A stretch of 63,978 nucleotides of DNA, filler included, from Octopus bimaculoides (Eukaryota), in the NCBI RefSeq assembly GCF_001194135.2. It is 4 parts of 3 records of this genome, joined end to end, with 100 filler letters (N's around TTAATTAATTAA, not from the genome) between each part and the next. Parts side by side here need not be neighbours in the genome. Positions count along the whole stretch, not along the records: positions 22,169 to 41,572 come from NC_068989.1; 3 more parts are not named here. One strand, written 5' to 3'. Shown here piece by piece: positions 26,431 to 39,444 of this stretch. A program made the position numbers and the translations under genes. Position 1 is the first letter of the stretch. Each line of letters begins with the position of its first letter. The notes below the pieces were generated by a model. That model saw only the letters and a list, made by a program, of their open reading frames with translations. It did no database searches and was not told where the DNA came from.

Positions 26431-27190
26431 GTGTGTGTATGCGTGCGTGCACGCGTGTGTTTGTGTATGTTTATATGTATGCATGTGTGTATGTGACTAT
26501 GGGATTGCACATAGAAATTCCTTTCCTAGACACAAGTCCAGCCTAAGGCCGATTTTGGAAGCCCAACAGTCGCCCATGCATACTTGTTTCCCCTTTGTAC
26601 GCCACGGATGTCATCCAAGAGAAAGGCAAAGATTGCTACAGCTTGGCAGCAATGACGTCGTAACTCATTGCTACAAATGAGTGAACTAGAGCAGCGTGAA
26701 ATAAAGTGTCTTGCTCAAGAACACAACAGAGATCTCAATCTGAAAATCGAACTCAGAACCTCACGATCGTAAGCTAGATGCTTTAACCTGAGCACTGTGC
26801 GCCCTCACACTGTATACAATTTATGTATATTAAGATATATATATTCGGCTCCTACAGACATTTACATATATTGTGATTTGATATTGACTTCATGTGCTTT
26901 AATGAGTTAGGTTAAGCAGTATTGATATGTAAATATGTATTTCGTTTTAGTTCTATACTTTGATCTGATGCTGACCTGAAGTAGAGATGGTTTGTCATTG
27001 AAAAGGTCACGATAGGCGACCAAAGGAGTTTGGCGAACGCAACTGATTTATTGATTAACCGCGTGATTAATAAAAGAATCGATTTTTTGGGTGCTTAAAC
27101 AGCAAACTGATTAGCGTATATTAATAAAGTGAAACTGACTCAATATCTTTGTATATTGCTGGCGTAATGACGCTCATGAGATACAACAAA
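25522..27190. mobile_element. Fold-back element or long inverted repeat (~330-bp arms)
   Basis: Left arm 25522-25850 aligns with the reverse complement of 26865-27190 (e.g. GCCAAACTCCTTTGGTCGCC, CATTACGCCAG.AATATACA, GCTTAACCTAACTCA); roughly 75-80% identity by eye. Confidence 0.8.
26320..26810 (-). mobile_element. (GT)n tract plus tRNA-derived SINE (family 3-related)
   Basis: GTGAAATAAAGTGTCTTGCTCAAGAACACAAC..GAACTCAGAACCTCACGATC, also seen at ~36510. Confidence 0.75.
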
Positions 27191-30100
27191 GTACCTTACT
27201 TCGTGTAAAGTAGCTGTCAAGAAGCACATTCTGCTGTAAAACAATGCCTTATGCAGACAAAGACGTTTTAGTCTCAATTATTTTCAACGCGATGTTTGGA
27301 ATTTGTTGACCTAAACCTTGTTTCATAATACGGAAAGCTTATAAGAATGCAATTTTCTCTGATGCGAGTATTTACGTTTCGTAAGATTTCTGAAACCATT
27401 TCTCAAAGCAGTTAGTATTTTGATTTTACTTTTCTCTAAAGAATACGATAAAAATATTAAGATGAATTGGTGAACATTAATACAATCAATGTATATACAT
27501 TATCACAAAGTAAGATTAGAATCGAGAGTGACAAATCTTATGTTTCTGCCTATTAAACTTGAAGATGGAGCTGAGAAATATGAAGGGAGACATGTTAACC
27601 TGACTGAAGGAGATTAAGGAAATGATAGAGTGTAGTAAATGAGAGGAAAAGGGAAGACGGGTGGTGTGAGAGGAAATAAGTAAAAGATTAGAACAGGAGG
27701 TGGACGCCAAACAGATGTTAGTAGATTTCTCCAGATTTTCGACTTTACACAAAAGAAACAGGGACTTTATTAATACCACCTGTTTTAAAACTAACGTGGG
27801 ACAAGTTTCATGGAGGATTCTTGCAAACTTCGATCCCCACAACTTCAAATTTGATTATTCAATACATTACTGCAACCTCCATTAAAGAGTTCTTTTTTAA
27901 AATTGGATCCCGATGTACATATATAGCTACTAATAATAATATATAAATATCAGATAGGAAAAATTCCCTTTTAGATGGTGGGAAAAATGTTTCCCGTAGG
28001 AACCAAACTCACGCCTCCTGAATACATAGCGAGGAGTCTACCATTTTACAAACGATCCGCCAAAATCCTTTAGTTATTTTATTAAATTTATTCTAACCAG
28101 CCAGAACTGCATATTGTTAACATCATAATGAATTTATAAACAGTCTAGAGAACGTGGAATAATTCATTTTTAAAATCGGATCACGATGAACATATAAAAC
28201 TATTAATAATATATGAATATTGTGTTGAATAACCCTCCAAGAAAGAAGAAGGCGAATGCCGTCCGTTGAAATAATAGTTTAAATTAAGCTTCAACTAAAG
28301 ATGATTGTGGCAGAGTAGGTAAGCCGCGATGCATTAGTGGGTTATAATTATCATCCACCAGATAAAAGAGATTAGGGAGGAATGGTAAGTTATGTCCATC
28401 TCCAATTTCTTAGCCAGTTCTTATCTTTTATACGTAATTCTATCGGATAACATATAACGTTCAAATACAAACCAATATACTGAAACCACAAAACCTGACT
28501 TTGTATCCAATAGTAGAACGAAACGTTTATTTCATGTTTATTATTGAAACTACACAAAACAGCTAAAATATTTTATTCCTATCGGCTTTCAATATTTTAT
28601 AGAAATGCTACACTTTTACCGAACTGCTTTCAAGTATATGAAAAAATAATCACACAGCAATACTGGGATGTAAGTTTATGAGTGATATGTTTGCCTATAA
28701 ATGTTGTTTTCCATTAAATCATTTCTACATACGACGAGCTGTTGCCTATTTCAAAACTTTATTTCCTTAATACTGTAGCATTATTTTCGTTTAAGAGAGA
28801 AACCAAATGCTATTTGTTTCCGAAAAAATTAGAGTATATTCCAACCTGTTGTTTTAAAAATGATAGAATTATGTGGAAATAAATGACAGGATTATTTATA
28901 TTAGCTTTCTTTCAGTTTAACTTAGAAATATCCCAGCGTCTGTTCAATATTTTACTGAAGTTACGTGTATTTATATTTTTACTTTTGTTTGAGTTTTTTT
29001 TGTTTTATTTTGTGAAAGAGAATATTGAATTTTGTCATTTAATGTCTATTGTTCTTTCGATATTTCAACATAAAGTATAAAAGATATATTTTGTCTGGAG
29101 AGATATTAAAATAGATAAGCGCTAGCCATCGAAGCAGCTGTTTTATACTTGGACATAATATATTGAAGCGGATTATGTTAGCTATGTGTAAATGATATCT
29201 AAGGAAAAAGATATTCTGTAGCAATTGATTTATAACTGGTTCAATGCATTTTACACCGTTATTTTTTTTCTGTTCTAAAATTATAAATTGATACGTATTA
29301 AACGGATAGCTAGATAAATAGATAGATTGATTGAGTGAGTGAGTGAGTGAGAAATTGTAAGCTTCATGTATAGGTAGATGGACAAATGGATGTATAGATA
29401 GACGGAAAGAGATAGATAAATTGTTAGAGAGATAGATAGATAGATATATAGATAGACACATTCATGCATACACAAACAGACACACAAAAGGACAGAGAGA
29501 TATTCCAAGCAACATATATTAATCGATGATTAGGTAGATGGACGAAGAGATAGAGAGTGTGAGATTAGATATATAGATAGATAGATAGACAGACAGACAG
29601 ATAGTATCACATATATTTTTGTTAAGAGATATTGGTTTTATGTGATGAGTCGCGTGACGCGACCTACTATAATATTCGCTATTACCGTTTCTTTTTGTAG
29701 TGATGAATATCAAATTTGATGCTAGAGTTATTTGAACGTACGCGTATTTAAAACTAATTTAGATATTTTGGAGCATCCGAGTCAGTATTTTAGCTTTTGC
29801 ACGCAATTGTATATACCTACATTAAAATAGGCATGTAATGGAAGAAAAGGAAATAGTTTTGTGTTTCTAGAGTAGTTTATTGTTTTCGGTTTGTTTTAGC
29901 CTCCAAATGCAAAATTTTGAATAGTCTTCCTTTTCTTTACAACACTTAAATAAATGACTGCTTTTCCCCAAGCACTATATATGCCATATTCAATGAATAT
30001 CTCGATTAGTTCATTATATACTTTCTTGAGTATAATACTTCAGGGTAAAATAGGACTAATCTTACAATAAATGTAATCTTATTGGGTAACCTCCTACACA

Positions 30101-30393
30101 CTTTCATATTATACGCCAAGTTTATGTGTTCCTTTGTATTATTGTCCAAGGTTTACTTATAGCTTTTTAAATACCCTAACATAGCGTATGAGAACTGGAA
30201 CAATAGAGACAATGTGCCTTATTATGTCTAGCTATGTTTTTAACAAATTCTCTTCAAATTTTTCCGGATATCAAATTTACCTTTCACCTGTCTAGAGTCA
30301 ATAAAATAAGAACTAGTTATCTATGGGATTAACTAAACTCTCCTCCCAATATATGATAAGTTGTGAAATCATTCCGTTAGAAATATCAATTTC

Positions 30394-30590
30394 GTTATAG
30401 CTCTTCCCTGCACCAAAAATTGCAGACACTGTGAGTGTATTAGATATTAATATTTCTAACGTGTTGTATGACGAAAGAATGATTGTTGTTGCTTTTCTTT
30501 AGAAGCAGCACTCATTTTCATCTAAATACTTCTATCTAATACACTCACAGTGTCTGCATTTTTTTTATGGAAAGAAGGGCTAAAACGACC
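30394..30590. mobile_element. MITE-like hairpin element
   Basis: Perfect 26-bp inverted repeat TGCAGACACTGTGAGTGTATTAGATA (30421-30446 / 30533-30558), extending imperfectly to ~53 bp per arm. Confidence 0.8.
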
Positions 30591-32254
30591 CCAGTGATCA
30601 ATTGATGCTTATTTTATCGACCCCGGAAAGATGAAACATAATGTCTCCTTCGGCAGAATCTGGACTCAGAACGTAAAGACGAACGAAAGGCGGGTAAGCT
30701 TTTTTGCAGCCTGCTAATGATTCTACCACCTCATCTTCTTATTTTTAAGTAGTACATATCTTGATATTAAAATATTAACTGCTAACTTCTTACGATTTTA
30801 AGTTCGATACTCGGCTGTCAATTTTCTATGATATAACTTCATTATACGAGTTCTCATTATTTAGTATGCACAAACTGTTGACAATATATACTGAAGTTGC
30901 GGCGAGATGACAAGGGAAGTAATATTTGTCATGATCTCCAGGCTGAAGCGAGCCAACAATGAACACAGGATCCAAGAAATACTATGCGCTTGCTGATACT
31001 AGTAAATCCCACTTTAGTCTCACGGTGCCACTTCAGTTAAGGACGGTACTTTGGATAGATAGATGAGAACGACGTGGGTGAAACACCGTCGACTACTGAA
31101 CTGCTTCATTACGGATGGCCTGGATCTGAACAATCTAATTGACCGACCAATACAGATGTGACACATCTCATCCTGGAGAGTATTTAATTGTTGTTCAACC
31201 AACAATAGTTTTTGTTTTTAATCATGGGCACTCAGATGAATAAGTTCAATTACAGATATCCTTCATGTTGCTTACATAACACAAAAATAATTAGCAGTCA
31301 AAACTCCGAGCTTAAGCACTGATTTGATCTTCTGTTATGTCTATAGATGGGAAATATTTCTGTTTGATCAAGTTTTGCGAGATACCATAGTCAAGATAAG
31401 GTCTTAATTAAAGCCCGATTAGAAATGAAGTTCTAAAAGAACATCTTAATCACTGAAGTGGGTGATGGAATAATGTTTAGTAATTCACAAGTCTAATTTA
31501 AAATTCAATTCCACTTTCACTATTTTGTACTTGCCTGTCTAGTCATTGGTCTACAACTAAACAGACTGTCATCAAGACTTGATCGGAAAATAGGGAAACT
31601 ACCACTTTGTCCGATTATATTTTTTTCTAAACTAGAGAGAAAGAATGAAAAGCATTTCTGAGTGGAATATGAATTAAAAAAGTAATGATTCAGCGTCGCA
31701 AGCAAATAATATGAAGAAATTGAGTATGGAACTACCACTAACGTCAAGTCACCAGTAATTAGAGCGATTTATGTTTTCAACAGAAGAAATAAAATTGCAA
31801 CATCACGATTACCATTCTTACTAATTCAACTAATCTTGCTGGTATTTATTTAAGAAAATTACTGCGCATCATAGTGTGTTCCACTATTACGACACATCGT
31901 TTTCCCAAAACGATATTATAAATACCAAGACGTTTTCTACACGATTAAGATAATTTGCTATGCACAAAGTAATTATAGTAATATAATAAAAACAATACCA
32001 AACCTGTGGCTGACAATTGCTAGCTGCTGTATCAATGGCGGCTAGACATGTATTGCGCACTAAGCATTTTACGTATATGGAAGTATTTTCATATAAACAA
32101 CACATATATATGCCTGTATCTATGCGTTATATCTGTTTGTGCAGTGTGTTCGAGTGGTGTGAGTGCACTCTCAGAGATATAACTAGAGATACATTATATA
32201 TATATATATATACATACATACATTATATACATACGCACACAAACACACACACAC

Positions 32255-32301
<47 letters not shown>

Positions 32302-32517
32302 NNNNNNNNNNNNNNNNNNNNNNNNNNNNNNNNNNNNNNNNNNNNNNNNNNNNNNNNNNNNNNNNNNNNNNNNNNNNNNNNNNNNNNNNNNNNNNNNNNN
32401 NNNNNNNNNNNNNNNNNNNNNNNNNNNNNNNNNNNNNNNNNNNNNNNNNNNNNNNNNNNNNNNNNNNNNNNNNNNNNNNNNNNNNNNNNNNNNNNNNNNN
32501 NNNNNNNNNNNNNNNNT

Positions 32518-32880
32518 TTATTTGTTTCAGTCATTTGACTGCGGCCATGCTGGAGCACTGCCTTTAGTCGAAGAAATGGCCCCCAGGACCTATGGTTTGT
32601 AAGCCTATTACTTATTTTATCGGTCTCTTTTGCCGAATGTAAACGCACCAGCATCTGTTGCGAAGTGATGGTGGGAGAAACCACAGACACAGAAACGCGC
32701 GCGCACACACACACGCACACACGCATATGTATATATATAAACGACGGGCTTCTTTCAGATTCTGTCTACCAAATCCACTCACAAGGCTTTGGTCAATCCA
32801 CAACTATAGTAGAAGACACTCGCCGATATGCCACGCAGTCGGACTGAACCCGGAACCATGTGGTTGGTAAGCGAGCTACT
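32518..32880 (-). mobile_element. Family-2 (CORE-like) SINE, nearly full length
   Basis: Minus head AGTAGCTCGCTTACCAACCACATGGTTCCGGGTTCAGTCC (B box), CORE-like GGCGAGTGTCTTCTACTATAG, 3' end CATGGCCGCAGTCAAATGACTGAAACAAA. Confidence 0.85.
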
Positions 32881-34690
32881 TTATTTCAACAATTTGGCCA
32901 TTAAGGCCTTACAAAGAGGGGACGAACAAGGACAGACAAACATAAAGTAGCTGCGGGCTGGACGCAGACGTTAATTCGATGACGATGATAACAACACAGA
33001 TGAAATAATAATGGGAGGGGTACCAACGCCCGCCGACCTAAAACCCTTCGAAAACATTGTTCGTTTAAATACAATACACAATCAATCAAAAGGTTCAATC
33101 ATCCTAGCCCGGCCAACCAAGCAGGACTCCTGCAGCATGCATGAAAACCCGCGTTGGCTGGCCCGGCACAACGGAGACAAATTCTTCATTATTACAATTT
33201 TTCTCTATTGCAAGTCTTTCATTATCACTGATGACCTCCGCAAAAAACCTGCTGAGGCCAACATCGATGGTCTATTATGACCGCGTCGTATCTATGACGG
33301 GTCAATAGACCATCCAAAAAGGGTTCTATGGGCCTTCCCTTGAGGTAACAGAGAATAAACTTGTGTGCCCGCATTCTGCTCTATCAGCGGCACAATTCCC
33401 GTTGACATAGCTCCCTTTCCGGTGGCACACTTCCCACCGGAGGGGCCTCGGGTTCTGTCAGCGGCACAGTGATTTCCGCCGACCGTCTCCCATTTCTTCA
33501 CTTTTTTCTTGTTACCTGTTGCGGGGGTTATGGCGATCCCGGCACACCCAAGCGATCCTCTTCCTCCCCAGGAATTTGCATTTCATCTGGTGAGCAACCA
33601 CCGTTGCTCACCTTTCTTTTTCTGGAAGCTTTCGCCTCCACGACTTTCTTTGACTCCCCCTCCAATGGGGTAGTCAACAGACACTCCTTCTTACCCTGCT
33701 CCTGGGCCTTTTCATTGCCCCGGGGACAATTTTTCCTGATATGGCATGGCTCCAGACATAGGTGCCACTCGGAGGGGTGACCCTTAAGTTTCAGGGGGTA
33801 TCTGAACCCGGCCATTTTTTTTAAAAATCGGGAAAAATCATGTTATTTGGCTGCCACTGGGGCCCATAAGGTCAAAATTGCCTTTGCACCCTCCCAGTTG
33901 GCAGCCGCTGTTATGCGTACATTTAAGAGCCTGGGTCTGCTGTCCCCCAAGCCCCGCTGGATGGCATCCGTGATCCACCCGTCTTGGGTTCCCGGGGGTG
34001 GGGGCAGTCCACATACCTAGGCTCTAATAATTCTCTTCCTACAATCAGTGGGAAGGAACAATATTTCTTCTCCCTGCAAGGGCTGACTAGCCGCAATGCA
34101 AGTCTCTTCGGAGGAGTCAAACTGCAACCACACCGTTGCAGATTTGACCCCCTTAGAGGTGAAAAAAAAGTCCCCTTGGCAAACAAGTTGCCAGCTCCCT
34201 TTCTATAATGTCCTTATTGAAGAGGGCAGTGGTACAGCGTGATCTGGAATAAGTCCGCAGCACCACTGCCCTCTTCTCCATTTCATCCAACCACTGCCTG
34301 GGTGGGCACAATTCCCACACCAGGAAAGGGTTCTTCTTTACAGTTTCTGCCATGTCAAATACAGTTCAACAAATAAAAATTAGAAAAAAGAGAGGAAGAT
34401 AAAATAAAATTCAATAATAGAGAAAAGAACTAAAATTTAGAAAAAGAAAGATGAGAAGAAGAAACAGATAGCAGTGTCCAAACACTGGTTCTGTTAGGTA
34501 AATCCAACAATCTTGGTTCTCTTCCAGCTTGCGTACTCCTTCAGGTAAATCCACGAATGTGGTTTTTAAAGGGGAAATACGCCCACTCCAATGTTCAAAA
34601 TCTGGTGAGCAAACACCACACAAAAAGATTTTTCTATTTTTTTTTCCTAAAAGAAATTCTCGGTCAGCCGGTAATGGCACACCCACTAAC
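32881..34690 (-). mobile_element. L1/Tx1-related element with ORF1 only (no ORF2 seen)
   Basis: ORF1 from ATG 34353: ..KSATVWLQFDSSEE..PLQGEEILFLPT..GLPP..W..AI..NWEG..L..GHPSEWHLCLEPCHIRKNCP. This is homologous to ORF1 of the LINEs at 46-47 kb and 52-53 kb. It is followed without a gap by ~600 bp and a pyrimidine-rich 3' tail ending GAAATAA. Confidence 0.7.
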
Positions 34691-34714
34691 AACGACTTAT
34701 GAGAAATAATTTTT

Positions 34715-35139
34715 TCTCGCTACGTGTCTGTGTGTGGCTGTGTGTAGCTGTGTGTGTATACACACATACACAAACATACAAATGCCTGCATATATGCATG
34801 CCTTTCTATGTGATTCTGTGTGTGTGTGTGTGCGTGTGTGTGTGTGGGCGTACGCAAGTATGGTGTGTGTACGGACATTTCTATTTAAAAGCGAGGTAAG
34901 CCAGCGGTCTCTATGGAAGTAGAATATGGTTATTTGTCGCAATGCTCACACTATTCACTGTTACGTGAGCTGCGGTGTTTGCGAAATCACATAATTAACA
35001 GTTAATCACGGCACTACAGCACAGACATGTATGTGAGCTATGTGTGTTCTTCTATGTATAAATATATATGTGTGTGCCTGTGTGTGTACTTGTGTGTGAT
35101 TGTGTGTTTGTCTGTGTGCACGCGTGTGCATGTATGCAA

Positions 35140-35235
<96 letters not shown>

Positions 35236-35370
35236 CATATTTATATGTGTATGTGTGTTTGTGTGTGTGTGCATGCGTGTGTGCGCTTGTGTGTGTGTAT
35301 GTGTGTGCGTGCGTGTGTGTGTGTGTCTGTGTGTTTGCATGTATGTACATACGTATGTATGTAATGTAAG
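34715..35370. repeat. (TG)n/(TA)n microsatellite block
   Basis: Direct reading. Confidence 0.95.
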
Positions 35371-36304
35371 CACTGTTGCATATGCACACAGCGTGATTAT
35401 CTTTTTCGTTTGGCTGGACATCAAATCCCATTAAGCTAATCGCTGACAAACTTTAAAGATTTTACTCATTACTTAGCTTCCATTTACAAACAATGCAACA
35501 ACCATGTTAGATAAATAAATGACCGCGAGATGTTAAGTATTCGTCTGTTGTTAATGACTTTTGCTTATCTTATCCTCATGCATGAGATATTTGACGTGGA
35601 ATATATTCACAGAATAGATAACAAAGCTCGTGTCTCTCAATGAGCCATCAAACTGCATTAAGATAAGTTAAAATGAGAAACATGTTGTTGGATAGAATGC
35701 TGTGCAAAGAGAGGGTGAGACAGGCTGATAAAGAGTGACAGAGAGATAAAGAGAGACTGAGAGATAAAGAGAGACAGAGAGGGTCAGAGACAGAGAGGGT
35801 CAGAGACAGAGAGGGTCAGAGACAGAGACAGGCAGACAGAATGAGACAGAGTAACAGAGACAGAGAGGAAGAAAAATAGATTAACATGCAAGGTTAGTAA
35901 GGCATCCAGAAGAGATAGGTGTAAGCAAATTTCATGGAAAGGCGTAAGATGGACGATTGGTAGATGGTGATGGTTAAACAAATGTAAGGGTTATTCTCCT
36001 ATATGAATCTCTTGAAATTAATAAACACACAACCTTTAATTTCTGAGACATTGCCTCAAAAGAATGCTCACATCAGTTTATAATTCGAAATCTCTTTCTG
36101 GATTGACGGAGTTAGCGCAGCTGTTACATATCCTTAAATGGTACGCTTATGTCTTTTATGTGTCCCAGTGATATAAGGACATAAATTGCCTTAAAGTATT
36201 TAAATTCATGTGAAAGTTACATTTTGATATGTAGTGTCTAAATTTTCAAACTCGTTGTTGACGTTGTTTCTTCCAGATCATTAGTTTGCTCAAGAGAATA
36301 ACCA

Positions 36305-36870
36305 ACGTTCCGTCGGTTACGACGTTGAGGTTCCAGGTGACCCAATAAACTGAGCATTCTGCTCGTGAAATTAACTAGCACGTGGCGAGCACTCCACTGA
36401 CACGTATACGGTTTAAGGGTACACGTGTTTGTCTACCCTTAGACAAACATGGCTGATTCTTTGAAATACAGGTTTCGGTTCATTTTTGCCAGCTGAGTGG
36501 ACTGGAGCAATGTGAAATATAGTGTCTTGCTCAAGAACACACCGCGCCGCCGGGAATCAACTCACGGTCATACTATCGTGATCCGATTAGCCTAAACAAT
36601 AAGCCACGCGTCCTTACGCTCAAGGGAATATTGAATCCAAATGGCAGGAAATTTGAACTGTCATTTTGTTTTAAACATGGCAGCGTGCATGTATATAATG
36701 GTTCAAATTTTGCCACAAGGGCGGCAATTTGGGGGAAGGGGAAGGGGATGGGTCGATTAAATCGACACCAGTGTTGAACTGGTACTCATTTTATCGACAC
36801 AGAAATGATAAGAGGTAAATGACCACGGCAGAACTTGAACCCAGAACGTAGCGACGGGTGAGATATTGAC
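36305..36870 (-). mobile_element. Family-3 SINE (36305-36620) and family-1 SINE (36690-36870)
   Basis: Similarity to 16285-16620 and to the family-1 core. Confidence 0.8.
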
Positions 36871-37289
36871 AGGCATGTATAATAAAGATAACTTCATTAA
36901 CAGATTAGTAAAGATATGTGATGCACTTCTAAGCAAAAAATATACTTGGGTACATACATTAAAATCTGATCACTTCTCAAGAGAGTTTTGAAAAGTATAG
37001 TTGTTAAAATTTTCAGCTTACAACAAATATATTTCCCACAATATCTTTGCAGTATCTATCATCTAGCTCATATTATGCCTTCTGACCTAGTCACTACAAC
37101 TACAAGAGCTCAAAGTGGTAGATATAAGAACTCACAAGCTGCTCCGTGTTACTTGTATCTTCAACATCACTGGAGATGTTGACAGGCTATACTTCCCCCG
37201 CAATTATATAAGTCGAATTTTATTGACTTGAGGAATAATTCATGAGCGTTTTTCAAATTTATTTTAAACAAAAAACTACAAATTAATAA

Positions 37290-37918
37290 ATAAAATACTC
37301 TCCGATGTTGTTTACGACTTTCTCGTAACTTTCAATTAGTTTTTCGATAGAAATCTCTGGGTTTGATTCAAAGAATTCGTCAAACGAAGCCCTCAATCCC
37401 ACGTCATTATTGAACGACGCCCTGCTCAAAGCATTCGAAAGTGATCGAAAGAAATGAAAATCTGACGGTGCTAAGTCTGGAAATTATGGAGGATGAGGCA
37501 GCATTCCCCATTCGAGTTCTCGAATCACAGCTTTGACCATCTTGTCGAGCAAAACAAGACTTTCATCAGCAGAAGACCACGTTCTTTGTATTGTGACACT
37601 AGGGAGACATAATTCCTTACGAACTGCTTGAGCTCAACGAAACACTCAATGCGGAGCTCTACGTTCAACAACTGCACCGACTCAACGAAGTAATTCGGCA
37701 AAAAGACCGAATAGGCGAAATAGCGTACTTCTGCAACACGACAGTGTCCCTCCTCACATCGACAACATGATCAAATCCGTGATTCGATAACTCGAATGGG
37801 GAATGCTGCCTCATCCTCCATAATTGCCAGACTTAGCACCGTCGGATTTTCATTTCTTTCGACCACTTTCGAATGCTTTGATCAGGGTATCGTTCAATAA
37901 TGACGTGGGATTGAGGGC
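37290..37918. mobile_element. Mariner-derived fold-back element (inverted duplication of transposase C-terminus)
   Basis: Plus strand: YELLELNETLNAELYVQQLHRL..LLQHDSVPPH..LEWGMLPHPP*LPDLAPSDFHFFR (mariner YSPDLAPSD motif). 37389-37548 is the reverse complement of 37759-37918 with 11 mismatches in 160 bp. Confidence 0.9.
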
Positions 37919-38022
37919 TGCGTGGCACCTTGGTCACGTGCCTTCTACTATTGCCTCGCGCCTACCAAAGTTTTGTGAATGAATTTATTTGACGGAACCT
38001 GAAAAAAAACCCAGTCGTATGC

Positions 38023-38053
<31 letters not shown>

Positions 38054-38225
38054 TGTGGTATGTCTTTGCGTCTGTGATTGTACCCCCCCCCCACCATCGC
38101 TTCAAAACCGATGGTGGTGTGTTTACTGAGCGGTTCGGTAAAGATACCGATAGAATATCGATTTCTTCGACTAAAAGGTGGTGCTCCACCATTGCCGCAA
38201 TCAAATGACTAAAACGAGTAAGGGA
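37919..38225 (+). mobile_element. Family-2 SINE, 5'-truncated and internally deleted
   Basis: GCGTGGCACCTTGG..CTTCTACTATTGCCTCG..GGTGCTCCACCATTGCCGCAATCAAATGACTAAAAC. Confidence 0.75.
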
Positions 38226-39413
38226 CTAAAAGAATATATATATAAAATTTCGCAATTTCTACCTGGTATCTAATAATCAACTCTAAACGAAATAATAAAC
38301 GTTGAAATAATTCGTGGTCGAAAGCCGTACTTTTACAACATAAGATAAATGAATGAATATTGTATGACTATTGTAGTTGGCCGAGCCATCATTCACCAAG
38401 AATACGATGTCGACGTCATACAGATACATGTAACTATGTGCACTCCTGTGTCACCGCACATTTAGGTGTGCGGATTGAGTTTATGCTGACAATAATTAAT
38501 TCTAGTCTTAATCTGAAACATTTTCGGTATTGTAGCTCTCTAGAGAGAGCATGTAGGCCTAACAAGTGAAATATCAGCATTTTCGTTTAAAATGGTCTCA
38601 TGAGATTCGGTTCGATTAGAATTCGGTGCTGACTTGCTGCCAAACGTTTTAGAAATGAGTCAATATCTTCTTGTAATAGCTACGGAAATTAAATCTTTAA
38701 TCTTCTCGTAGTGTACGTTTGTTAATTAAATGTTTAATCTCCTAATATTGTAGATGTAATTAGTGAAGGAATTGCTACCTAACACACTCAAGAATTAATT
38801 AGCTCTATACAAGAATGTATTTGAAGAATATACTTCTCTCTAGAGTTTGGAATACCAAATACATTTTAGCATGATTGCTTTGTATGTTTAAGCTAATATT
38901 CCGGACAATTTGTTAAGAAATGAATTAGATCTACACAATTATGAATTAAGTTATTGAGATGTGTGCATAATTAGACCTAAAGGCACCCTAGGTTTCCAAC
39001 TATAAACACCGGTTTTACGACTTTGATGCAAATGATCTCTCATAAATCACGAAGACAGTATCAGACAAAGATACACAAACATAACTGAGCATACACACAC
39101 ACAGATATATNNNNNNNNNNNNNNNNNNNNNNNNNNNNNNNNNNNNNNNNNNNNNNNNNNNNNNNNNNNNNNNNNNNNNNNNNNNNNNNNNNNNNNNNNN
39201 NNNNNNNNNNNNNNNNNNNNNNNNNNNNNNNNNNNNNNNNNNNNNNNNNNNNNNNNNNNNNNNNNNNNNNNNNNNNNNNNNNNNNNNNNNNNNNNNNNNN
39301 NNNNNNNNNNNNNNNNNNNNNNNNNNNNNNNNNNNNNNNNNNNNNNNNNNNNNNNNNNNNNNNNNNNNNNNNNNNNNNNNNNNNNNNNNNNNNNNNNNNN
39401 NNNNNNNNNNNNN

Positions 39414-39444
<31 letters not shown>

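Noticed and set aside
27516-27885. Purine-rich stretch weakly resembling an APE endonuclease
   Set aside because: GDFN and other catalytic motifs are not recoverable; too degraded to call.
31060-31150. LLHYGWPG as a Gypsy pol remnant
   Set aside because: A single short motif with no flanking RNase H or integrase similarity.
38230-39010. Possible Penelope 5' remnant with a hammerhead trace (CGAAAGCCGTA)
   Set aside because: No CUGANGA and no convincing peptide motif.
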